DNA from: Bdellovibrionales bacterium
Lineage (GTDB): Bacteria > Bdellovibrionota > Bdellovibrionia > Bdellovibrionales > UBA1609
Assembly (NCBI GenBank): GCA_965247685.1
Contig: OZ252021.1
Span: forward strand, 900,001-932,000
Direction of reading: 5' to 3'
DNA length: 32,000 nt
The notes below the pieces were generated by a model. The model saw only the letters and a program-made list of their open reading frames with translations. It searched no databases and was not told where the DNA came from. The translations under genes and the position numbers were made by a program. Position 1 is the first letter of the stretch. Each line of letters starts with the position of its first letter. Positions 17,595 to 25,819 of the stretch are shown here, in pieces.

Positions 17595-18788
17595 ATGATA
17601 AAGTTATTGTTTATTTTTTTATTGATTTATTTTTCGAGCTTCTCTTTAGCAGCTCCTAATTTTGGTATACCTAATTTTGAAGATGTGAATTTAAAGTTTG
17701 TAGTGGATGGGGGTTCTCATTGGGGTGATCAAAGCCGTACTATCTTTTTGAGAGAAAAGCTTTTCTTATCTTTGGATTATGAGTTTTCTCCAGAATATGA
17801 AATGAGAAATGAGCTTTTCTTGGAATTTAGAAAAGGTTCTTTTCAACATCTTTCTAATGAAGGAGAAGGCGACCCGTTTGATGTGAGCTACTCCATACTT
17901 TCCATAAAGAATTTTTTTGTAAAAAATTTATATTTGAATATTGGTTTTATTAATCAAGGGCATCTAGAAGCTCCTTTATTACTTTATGATCGTCCGTTTG
18001 TAGGTTTTCAACAAGAGTACTTATGGATGGATTATCGTGTATTAAAATATGTGGATGAGTTTAAAATTAGTCTACAACAAACTATTCCATCTACGACAAT
18101 GGTTGTGGATCGATTTGATCAGTTAACAAGTATTTCAAGTTTGTTGACTGCTTCTGTTTTTACATCTTCTTTTATATGGAATCAGTTTCATAGTAAAGCT
18201 CACATGACAGGTTTTTTATTCAACAATTTATCAGTTCAGTCTGCCCAATATGGCGGGGTGAATGGAAATGATTTAAAGGATGAAAGGTACCATTCAAATT
18301 TTGCAGCGTTTAGAGATCCTTATTGGGGTATTCATACAGGCTTAGGAACTCGTTTTAATATTCTTCCAGATTTAGGTTTAGATATTGAATATGCTTTTTT
18401 ATGGAATATCGGAGCATTTGTGAATCGTTATTTTATTGAGAAGGGAGGACAAAGGGTTAAAAAATATGGAAGCAGAAGTCGTGGAGATAGTTTAAAGATC
18501 AGTTTACATCTTCCTGTGAGTGCAGATAAACTTTTTGTTTTTGGTATGGAAGGTTTTCGTAATCAAAATAATGCTTCTGTGGCTTTCTATAGTGATAGTA
18601 AGTATGGAGGTTCAGCTCGTTATGGTGCGATTCTTTCTTCTCAATTTTTATTTAAAACCTATAATATCTTATTGGATTTTCAATATGGTGTTATACAGTC
18701 TTACCCAGATAAAAGACCTCTTCTTCAAGGAGGAAGGAATCTGAATTACTTTGGTTTTGAGATAAGGACAGAATATGGCAAAGTTTAA
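17595..18788 (+). CDS. secreted protein, putative outer-membrane beta-barrel (no family recognised)
   Basis: 397 aa with the signal peptide MIKLLFIFLLIYFSSFSLA. AAGGA Shine-Dalgarno 9 nt upstream. There are many short amphipathic strand-like segments with alternating hydrophobic residues (KFVVDGG, LFLSLDYEF, LYLNIGFI, ILLDFQYGV, YFGFEIRTEY). The C-terminus ends in GKV rather than a terminal aromatic residue, so the barrel call is tentative. Confidence 0.6.
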   Translation: MIKLLFIFLLIYFSSFSLAAPNFGIPNFEDVNLKFVVDGGSHWGDQSRTIFLREKLFLSLDYEFSPEYEMRNELFLEFRKGSFQHLSNEGEGDPFDVSYSILSIKNFFVKNLYLNIGFINQGHLEAPLLLYDRPFVGFQQEYLWMDYRVLKYVDEFKISLQQTIPSTTMVVDRFDQLTSISSLLTASVFTSSFIWNQFHSKAHMTGFLFNNLSVQSAQYGGVNGNDLKDERYHSNFAAFRDPYWGIHTGLGTRFNILPDLGLDIEYAFLWNIGAFVNRYFIEKGGQRVKKYGSRSRGDSLKISLHLPVSADKLFVFGMEGFRNQNNASVAFYSDSKYGGSARYGAILSSQFLFKTYNILLDFQYGVIQSYPDKRPLLQGGRNLNYFGFEIRTEYGKV

Positions 18789-21700
18789 AATTATTTTTTC
18801 ATTATTGTTTCTGACAGGGTGTGGGTTTGGAATTGAAGATGAGACTCCCCCCTCTAGCTGTGACAACCCCAATCCCTCTTCTTATGAAGGAGGTCAAATT
18901 CATTTTGAAGTTGGTAAGTTCGATCTAAAGATTATATATCCCTCTGAATCTGGAGGCACCATACAACCTAACTCTTTTATTTTGGAATTTAGAGCACCTA
19001 TTACCGTGATCAACACCAAACAACCTATGACTGGAGCAGTGTTTCAAGTTCACACATTTGAAAATTACAATAAAATAGACAGGCTAAAAAAAGAAATATG
19101 TGGTGATGATCTAGAAAGTCAGGAGTGTGTGAGTTTTGAAGCTCAACGTTGTGATGATCAATCTTTAGGTGGATGTACTAGAATACGTACGGGTGCAGAT
19201 GGATATATTTATTGGCAAGAAAAATATCACTATCCATTTCCGGTCACATTAGAATGGATTCGATTTGAAAGAGTTATTTTTAATTTAGGGGGTCAAGTTG
19301 TTATTCCTTTTGCAGTGAATCCTTGGTTAGAGGATGTAGCTTCTGAAAGTAAATTTTTAGATCTGACTAAAAATAATCTGGAACTTTTTTTACAAAAGGG
19401 TCAAACCCTCTACAAACATGATGAAGAACATGAGCTGGGTGATAAAGATCAGGGTAACTTAAATATTACAGAAGTGGAGCAGCAATGTAAAAACAGAAGA
19501 AGTTTAGATAAAATATTTAAGGATTTAAAACAAAGTGGTGAGCCTCTGCCTGTACATGTACCCTCTGTGAATATAGAGATTGCGTCTATTCTTCAAAGTG
19601 AACCAAATACCTTTTCAATAAATATTAATAATATTCCTATCAAGCTTTTGAGTCAAAGTTATAGTGGTAGTATAGTTCATGAGCGAGATGCTCTTTCAGG
19701 AGCTAAATTTAAAGTGACTCCTTTACTACTATCTCAAAAGGGAAATGGGGGTGACAAAGAATCTTATAGTCTTCTTCACCGTGTCACAGACAGTCTCACT
19801 CAAATAAGGGATGTGAAAACAGGTGAAGGAGGGTTAAATTATGAAGGCAAAATAATTATATCTAATCTGTCCAATACGGACCACATGACACTAGCTTTAA
19901 AAATTGAACCTTATGATAAAGAATCAAGAATAAAAACTTTTTATGGGCTTTATGACATTCAAATGCCTTCAGCTCAGTTGACTGGCGTTAACACTCAATT
20001 AGATTTAAAAACCAGTTTGCCTGGGGATGAAGAACAGCTTCAATCCATGCAAGATAGACTTAAAGATCATAAAGAAGTGTTTGAAAATCTCATTAAGGAA
20101 CCTATTATGTTCGAAGGAGGGTTTTCTACTGAAGATGTAAGTTTAACGTTAAACAGAATTCGATTTATTCGTGTAAAATCTAGTGGAGATAAATGTGAAA
20201 CTCCTGTATTCCGAGAGGTGATTTACAATATTCCATTTAGTGTTACCAATCCTCAAAGCCAAGATGAACCCTATCGAAGAACATCTGTGGCTGTGAGTAT
20301 TGAGGATATGGTTAAAGGGGAAGACGGAAACTTTGTAATAAGAAGTTGTCCGGAAGAAGAAGAATGTAAGACCACTATCTCACCAAAAACAGATGACTCC
20401 GGGAATGCAGTCGTCCCTTACACTATGACTCACTTTCCTTATAACCTGCAAAAATACTTATTGAAACGAATTACGTTTCAGGCGCCTGAGAAGGACAAAA
20501 GTTTTCATAGTTCCAATGAGCAATATGTAGTTTTAAATCCTTGGGAGTACGGATTTTTAACCTACCAGAATGTGACACACATTTACAAAGGGAGAAAGGA
20601 AGCTTTAACAAGTATGCTTGATAAGTGTACAAAAATAAAACCTCCTCCTGGATATTGTAAAGAAAAAAAATTAAAAAGTATGCTTGCCCAATGTGAAGAA
20701 GATAGTCCTCCTGAATATTGTGAAGATGAAAATTTTAAAGCATTTCAAGGCCTAGATAACCAGTTGAACAGTATAATTTCTTCTGAAAACTTAGAACCTC
20801 CAAGACTTCGCATTAATGAATACAGAAGCTCTATCATTGAACCTTCTTATGTTATCGGATCTTCATTAGATATTACTACAGTGAAAAACATACAACTGTT
20901 AATCCAGCCTTCTATCGTTAGAACAGATTCCATTGGAGAAACTATTCGACAAATTCCCAATGTTCTTCCTGTGGGTTATTGGATTATGAGAGTGATTCTT
21001 GCTAAAGGTCCTCAAGAGGTAGAACACGCAACAATTGTTCGTCCTATAGATAGTTTTTTTAAAATGTTTGAACCATCTTCATGGTTGGGTGTGATGTATA
21101 AGATAAATTTACTGTCTGAAAGGATAAAAGATGGTGCCTACCCTTTGGAGAGTCCAGATGATAGAAAAGATCTGTTAGGAAAACTCATAAACTTTAAAAA
21201 GGAATATAGCAAGTTATTTAGTGGAACAACTGACAACTCATCACAGTATCCTGCACCTAATTTTAAGAAGGATGATTATATTTCACATTATGATCTTGTT
21301 GTGAAAGGTGAAAATACAGTAGTGAGTTCATTTTTAAAACAAGGTATTCGAACAGATCAATTCCGTCATTTAGGATCAAAAAATAGTCTAATTATAGAAA
21401 TTTACCCAGTTGATAATAGAGGTTTAAGGTGGCCTGACAATAGTTGTGAATTAGATAAGGATCGATCTAAATTTGCAGTGATGAAACAATGTAAACGAGG
21501 GCAAAATCAAAAGGATGATTGTCATGATTTAGAAGCACCTGCGCATTGGGGATTATTTACCCCTTCAGAGGTGAGTTCTTCTCATATCTTATGGCCTATG
21601 ACAGATTTTGATTCTTCAAAAGTTTTTGACATCACTCCTCTTCCTGAGTGTCTGGATTCAGATTGCAATTTAACAAATAAATCTTCCCTTCAATTACCTT

Positions 21701-23967
21701 CTGATAATCTTTATTATGATTTGTTTAATATAGAAAAAGTTAATGAGAGATTTTATCCTAGGACAAGTGAAGATGATGTAAACTCGACTGTAGATAGGAA
21801 GTACACATCTATTTTAAACAAGTTTGCAATTGTCGACGACAATGATCATTTAAATGAAGAAAAGTATAAAGGCTTTTGTGAAGAAGTAGAGAATAAATTT
21901 TTAAAAGATGGAGGAATCGATAAAAGAAATATTCTTGCAGAGGGATCCAAGAAAGCTGTGGGAAATCATATATGGGATTTATGTATTTGTGATTCGAATT
22001 TAGATAGTATAAGTGGCTTAGATAAGAATCAAGGGTCTAGATTTCTAAAAGAGAAAATTAAACAGTGCAAATTGCTCAGTCACTTAGGGCTTCAAAGAGG
22101 ACTTCAAAAAGAACTTCAAAAAGAACTTCAAAGAAAAGATGAAACTCCTGAGGTGAATATTAATGAAGATATATGTCAACCTCGATTTACTCGAACTTAT
22201 ACTCAGGGAAGTCATAGTGATTACTCTCCTACCTTTCATAGTTATCGAGAGTGTGTTTGTGATCCGAATTCGCTGGGTGACGATAAGACAGAAAGAATGG
22301 CTCGATGTTTTGCAGAAAGAGAAGGTTTAGCCTATGCGTCCACACACACTTTCTTAAGCAACTTAGGAAGTTTTATCGATGGATATAACAACAACAACAG
22401 AAGGGATCAAAACCAGTTGGATACAAGTGAATTGCTGCCTTTATATTCTTACGAAGACTATATCAGTAGTGAAGTATTAACATTAAAAGAAAAGCAAACA
22501 GTTCAATTTGCTCCTGTAGAAACAGACGATATTTCCTCTATGGTCAAAGAAGGTTTTACTGATGTTCAAAAGAACTTTGATAAACGTTCATTTTTGCACG
22601 CTATGTGTTACTACTGGTTTGAAGGTTATTACAATGCTTATGTAAAAAAAGATGTCATTCAGGATTTTTACAAGTATCATGTAAAAAATTTGGCTTACTT
22701 AGAAAATACCCATGTGGATCTGGCTCAGCATAGCGATCTCACTTCGTCTTTTGAAGATCTGGCTCAGCATAGCGATCTCACTTCGTCTTTTGAAGATCTG
22801 GCTGAACAATCTGAAAAACTTTATAAAGCTTTAGATTTTGATAAAAAAGTAGGAAATATTAGTATACCATTTGGAACTCCTAAAGTTGATCGAAGTCATC
22901 CTGTTTGGAAATGTTTGAAAAACCCAATGCTTTTTTTCCACATTGAAAGAAAGGTGATGGTTGGTCAGCTCAATCAAGGAGAAGATAACAAAACGAAATA
23001 TAAAAATGGTCGAGTGTATACCTATATACACAGTTCTGCTCAAGGGATATCCAGCCAGTATGGATTTGGAAGTCGAGAGAGTAGGCAAACTAAAGTAGGA
23101 GTAGGATTAGGTGTTGGGACTGGGCTGGCAACCTTATTGAGCATATTTAGAGGTGGTGTAGATGCTAATGCTAGTGTTAATGCAGAGACTACAGATAGTG
23201 AAGAAAGCTCTAGTGTCCATCGTGGGCAACAAGATGAAAGTAAGAGTATTACTTTAGCGGTTAACCATATTAGTGTGGACATTGATCTCAAGCTTCATCG
23301 TTCATGCTTAGTGATAAGACCTAAGAGTTCCGCTTTTGAAGATATGAGTGAGGCTATATTCTCTGAAGATTTGCGACTAGAAGATGATGCATCTCCAGAT
23401 GAGAATGTAAAAAAACTCTTGAGGAGATGGCCTTACCAAACATTAGGCTTGATGATTTGTGCTCCAGAAGATGAAACATCTATGGTTGTTCCAGAGGACT
23501 ACTATTATATCCATCAGTTCTTTGGGGGTCATTTGTATGAGTTTATGAGTCGAACCATCTATCATAACCGTCCTTTTGTGGAAATTATTAGAGGACAGCA
23601 CATCATGGATAGGTTCACATACTTAGCAAATCGATCTGCTCATAATGTATATATGAATACCTCTACACCAAGTAATAATTATGGAGAGGTTTTCCAGAAT
23701 CTTCTGGTCGATAGACCAAAAGTAGATAGAACGTTAATTCCTGCCTTTGAAGAAAGTACTTTAGATCGATCTGGTTTTTACAACGGTATTTACACCTACA
23801 ATGCATATGGAGATGAATATTATGATCCGAATTTGAGTGAGGCGCAGATCGCTCAAAATGAAAAAAGAAATGAAGATGGAGAAGGTTGGTTGACAGATAA
23901 AATCCTAAATTTTGCGGCATTGATAAGGGATTTCGTCGGACAAGCTGACGATCGTCGAAATCAATAG
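18775..23967 (+). CDS. giant (1,730 aa) Cys-rich lipoprotein of unknown function
   Basis: Uninterrupted 5.2-kb ORF. AAGGA Shine-Dalgarno 7 nt upstream. The start overlaps the previous ORF by 14 nt. The lipoprotein signal is MAKFKIIFSLLFLTG|C (lipobox L-T-G-C). There are many closely spaced Cys pairs, internal repeats and a Gly-zipper-like hydrophobic segment near residue 1441. I recognise no catalytic or domain motif. Confidence 0.85.
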   Translation: MAKFKIIFSLLFLTGCGFGIEDETPPSSCDNPNPSSYEGGQIHFEVGKFDLKIIYPSESGGTIQPNSFILEFRAPITVINTKQPMTGAVFQVHTFENYNKIDRLKKEICGDDLESQECVSFEAQRCDDQSLGGCTRIRTGADGYIYWQEKYHYPFPVTLEWIRFERVIFNLGGQVVIPFAVNPWLEDVASESKFLDLTKNNLELFLQKGQTLYKHDEEHELGDKDQGNLNITEVEQQCKNRRSLDKIFKDLKQSGEPLPVHVPSVNIEIASILQSEPNTFSININNIPIKLLSQSYSGSIVHERDALSGAKFKVTPLLLSQKGNGGDKESYSLLHRVTDSLTQIRDVKTGEGGLNYEGKIIISNLSNTDHMTLALKIEPYDKESRIKTFYGLYDIQMPSAQLTGVNTQLDLKTSLPGDEEQLQSMQDRLKDHKEVFENLIKEPIMFEGGFSTEDVSLTLNRIRFIRVKSSGDKCETPVFREVIYNIPFSVTNPQSQDEPYRRTSVAVSIEDMVKGEDGNFVIRSCPEEEECKTTISPKTDDSGNAVVPYTMTHFPYNLQKYLLKRITFQAPEKDKSFHSSNEQYVVLNPWEYGFLTYQNVTHIYKGRKEALTSMLDKCTKIKPPPGYCKEKKLKSMLAQCEEDSPPEYCEDENFKAFQGLDNQLNSIISSENLEPPRLRINEYRSSIIEPSYVIGSSLDITTVKNIQLLIQPSIVRTDSIGETIRQIPNVLPVGYWIMRVILAKGPQEVEHATIVRPIDSFFKMFEPSSWLGVMYKINLLSERIKDGAYPLESPDDRKDLLGKLINFKKEYSKLFSGTTDNSSQYPAPNFKKDDYISHYDLVVKGENTVVSSFLKQGIRTDQFRHLGSKNSLIIEIYPVDNRGLRWPDNSCELDKDRSKFAVMKQCKRGQNQKDDCHDLEAPAHWGLFTPSEVSSSHILWPMTDFDSSKVFDITPLPECLDSDCNLTNKSSLQLPSDNLYYDLFNIEKVNERFYPRTSEDDVNSTVDRKYTSILNKFAIVDDNDHLNEEKYKGFCEEVENKFLKDGGIDKRNILAEGSKKAVGNHIWDLCICDSNLDSISGLDKNQGSRFLKEKIKQCKLLSHLGLQRGLQKELQKELQRKDETPEVNINEDICQPRFTRTYTQGSHSDYSPTFHSYRECVCDPNSLGDDKTERMARCFAEREGLAYASTHTFLSNLGSFIDGYNNNNRRDQNQLDTSELLPLYSYEDYISSEVLTLKEKQTVQFAPVETDDISSMVKEGFTDVQKNFDKRSFLHAMCYYWFEGYYNAYVKKDVIQDFYKYHVKNLAYLENTHVDLAQHSDLTSSFEDLAQHSDLTSSFEDLAEQSEKLYKALDFDKKVGNISIPFGTPKVDRSHPVWKCLKNPMLFFHIERKVMVGQLNQGEDNKTKYKNGRVYTYIHSSAQGISSQYGFGSRESRQTKVGVGLGVGTGLATLLSIFRGGVDANASVNAETTDSEESSSVHRGQQDESKSITLAVNHISVDIDLKLHRSCLVIRPKSSAFEDMSEAIFSEDLRLEDDASPDENVKKLLRRWPYQTLGLMICAPEDETSMVVPEDYYYIHQFFGGHLYEFMSRTIYHNRPFVEIIRGQHIMDRFTYLANRSAHNVYMNTSTPSNNYGEVFQNLLVDRPKVDRTLIPAFEESTLDRSGFYNGIYTYNAYGDEYYDPNLSEAQIAQNEKRNEDGEGWLTDKILNFAALIRDFVGQADDRRNQ
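22087..22134. repeat. 12-bp tandem repeat x4 inside the giant lipoprotein gene
   Basis: GGGCTTCAAAGA GGACTTCAAAAA GAACTTCAAAAA GAACTTCAAAGA, in frame, encoding GLQR GLQK ELQK ELQR. Confidence 0.9.
22717..22803. repeat. perfect 39-bp tandem duplication (2 copies plus 9 nt) inside the giant lipoprotein gene
   Basis: GATCTGGCTCAGCATAGCGATCTCACTTCGTCTTTTGAA occurs at 22717..22755 and 22756..22794, followed by GATCTGGCT. It is in frame and encodes DLAQHSDLTSSFE twice. Confidence 0.95.
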
Positions 23968-23993
23968 GAGTAGCTTTAAATTACAGGAAATAT

Positions 23994-24239
23994 ATGGCAA
24001 ATCCTCAATCTAAAACAAAAGGCAATATTCCAGGAGCTTACTATGTCGATACAGAATGTATTGCTTGTGATGCTTGTATCTTAGCAGCGGAAAAACATTT
24101 TAAAATTCATCTTAGTGAACCTTCTTATGCCTACGTTTGTCGACAACCTGAAACTCCTGAAGAAGAAGAAGCCTGCCAAGAAGCATTGGAATCTTGTCCA
24201 GTTGAAGCTATTGGAAAAGATGAAGACTTGAACTCTTAG
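23994..24239 (+). CDS. small single-cluster [4Fe-4S]/[3Fe-4S]-type ferredoxin
   Basis: 81 aa with CIACDAC (CxxCxxC) near the N-terminus and a distal CP (ESCPVEAI), the classic four-ligand pattern of mono-cluster ferredoxins. AGGAA Shine-Dalgarno upstream. Confidence 0.82.
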   Translation: MANPQSKTKGNIPGAYYVDTECIACDACILAAEKHFKIHLSEPSYAYVCRQPETPEEEEACQEALESCPVEAIGKDEDLNS

Positions 24240-24263
24240 AGTATTATGAAATAATATAAAGAT

Positions 24264-25754
24264 ATGTGGATTTATAATACTCAAACTCAAAAGAAAGAAG
24301 AGTTTAAAACGATTTATCCTTCAAAAGTGCTGATGTATTGTTGTGGGCCTACAGTCTATGATTTGCTTCATATCGGTAACTTCAGAGGTGCAGTTTTTTA
24401 TAATTTTCTCAAGCTTTGGTTGGGGCACTTAGGGTATAAGGTTTCTTTTTACTATAATCTCACGGATGTGGACGATAAAATTATTCAACGAGCGGATCAA
24501 GAAGGTATGAGCGCGGAATCTGTGGGTGAGAAATATATTCAAGAATTTTTTAAAGATTTTGATCAACTTAAACTCTTATCTCATGATGGAAACCCCAAGG
24601 CTACAGAGTTTATTTCTTCTATGATCGACTTTATTCAAACATTAATTCAAAAAGAAAAGGCCTATGCAGTGGATGGACATGTATTTTATAGTGTGAACAG
24701 TTTTAAATCTTATGGAAAACTAAGTCGTAAAAAATTATCTGACTTACAGTCGGGCTATCGAGTAGAAGTAATAAAATCTAAAAAAAATCCTTTAGATTTT
24801 GTTCTATGGAAGCCTTCTAAAGATCATGAATTGGGGTGGGATTCTCCTTGGGGAAAGGGAAGGCCAGGCTGGCACACTGAATGTGTCACTATGATTCGTG
24901 AGTGTTTAGGCCCCAAAATTGATATTCATGGTGGGGGTTTAGATTTGCTTTTCCCTCATCATGAAAATGAAAAAGCACAGGCAGAATGTGTCAGTGAAGC
25001 GCCTTTTGTGAAATATTGGGTACACCATAATATGTTTGAGTTTGGGGGTAAAAAAATATCTAAATCTTTAGGAACTTTACAAACCATGCGAGCCTTCTTA
25101 AATGAGTATAATGGAGAAGTTTTTAAATACTTAGTGTTTAGTGCGCATTATCGTTCTGTGAGCGAAATTTCTCCGAACACTATCCACCAAGCGATTGCTG
25201 CTTTGTTTCGAGTGTATCAAGCTTTAAGACAGGCTCAAAAATTATTAGATCTTTCAAGTTCTTCAAAAAAAAATGTGATTTTTTCTTCCAAAGAAGATTT
25301 TATGAAAACTTTACAACAAACTCGCTCACAAGTAGATGAGTCATTAAATGATGATCTCAACACAGCAAAAGCTTTAGGTTACTGTTTTTCTTTAATTCGA
25401 TTTTTTAACGAATCTATTTTGAGAAAAAATATAAAAGTTCTTTCAGAAGAGGATCGATCATGTCTTTCATTATTTTTGAACTTTTTTAAAGAGTATGGGA
25501 GTTTGTTTTCTTTATTTCAAGAAAAACATCGAGAATTTCTTGATGAGTTGAATAATATTTTGATTAAAAAATCTTCGCTCAGTAGAGTAGAGATTGAAGA
25601 AAAGATTGCTCTTCGACAAGAAGCTAGAGCAAAAAAAGATTTTGCTCAAGCGGATAGTATTCGACAAGCACTCAATAATCATGGTGTTGAGATTCAAGAT
25701 GAACTTCATCATACTGAGTGGAATATGAGACCTCTCTTTTTTTTAAAGGACTAA
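24264..25754 (+). CDS. cysS: cysteine--tRNA ligase
   Basis: 496 aa with CGPTVYD, the HIGH motif (HIGN), WHTEC and the KMSKS motif (KISKS). The N-terminus MWIYNTQTQKKEEF is typical of CysRS. Confidence 0.95.
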   Translation: MWIYNTQTQKKEEFKTIYPSKVLMYCCGPTVYDLLHIGNFRGAVFYNFLKLWLGHLGYKVSFYYNLTDVDDKIIQRADQEGMSAESVGEKYIQEFFKDFDQLKLLSHDGNPKATEFISSMIDFIQTLIQKEKAYAVDGHVFYSVNSFKSYGKLSRKKLSDLQSGYRVEVIKSKKNPLDFVLWKPSKDHELGWDSPWGKGRPGWHTECVTMIRECLGPKIDIHGGGLDLLFPHHENEKAQAECVSEAPFVKYWVHHNMFEFGGKKISKSLGTLQTMRAFLNEYNGEVFKYLVFSAHYRSVSEISPNTIHQAIAALFRVYQALRQAQKLLDLSSSSKKNVIFSSKEDFMKTLQQTRSQVDESLNDDLNTAKALGYCFSLIRFFNESILRKNIKVLSEEDRSCLSLFLNFFKEYGSLFSLFQEKHREFLDELNNILIKKSSLSRVEIEEKIALRQEARAKKDFAQADSIRQALNNHGVEIQDELHHTEWNMRPLFFLKD

Positions 25755-25819
25755 AAATCTACTTATAAAAAGATTTTTTTGTTGTGATCGGAATTCAAAT
25801 CAGCTACTATGCTCTATCT

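Noticed and set aside
18520-18872. ORFs 18520..18744 (+) and 18669..18872 (-) around the barrel/lipoprotein junction
   Set aside because: They overlap the much longer supported frames and have no independent signals.
22831-23920. Three 83-85-aa antisense ORFs inside the giant lipoprotein gene
   Set aside because: They lie opposite a 5.2-kb uninterrupted frame. They are short, have no Shine-Dalgarno or motif, and are typical shadow ORFs.
24081-24290. 69-aa antisense ORF over the ferredoxin gene
   Set aside because: The ferredoxin frame has a clear Cys-ligand motif and a Shine-Dalgarno. The antisense product is low-complexity and F-rich.
25512-25712. 66-aa antisense ORF inside cysS
   Set aside because: Shadow ORF.
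25753-25780. Stem-loop AAAAATCT-(10 nt)-AGATTTTT followed by Ts just after the cysS stop, a possible intrinsic terminator
   Set aside because: The stem is almost entirely A-T (one C-G pair) and is therefore very weak. The next gene starts within 5-40 nt. This is not enough to call a terminator.
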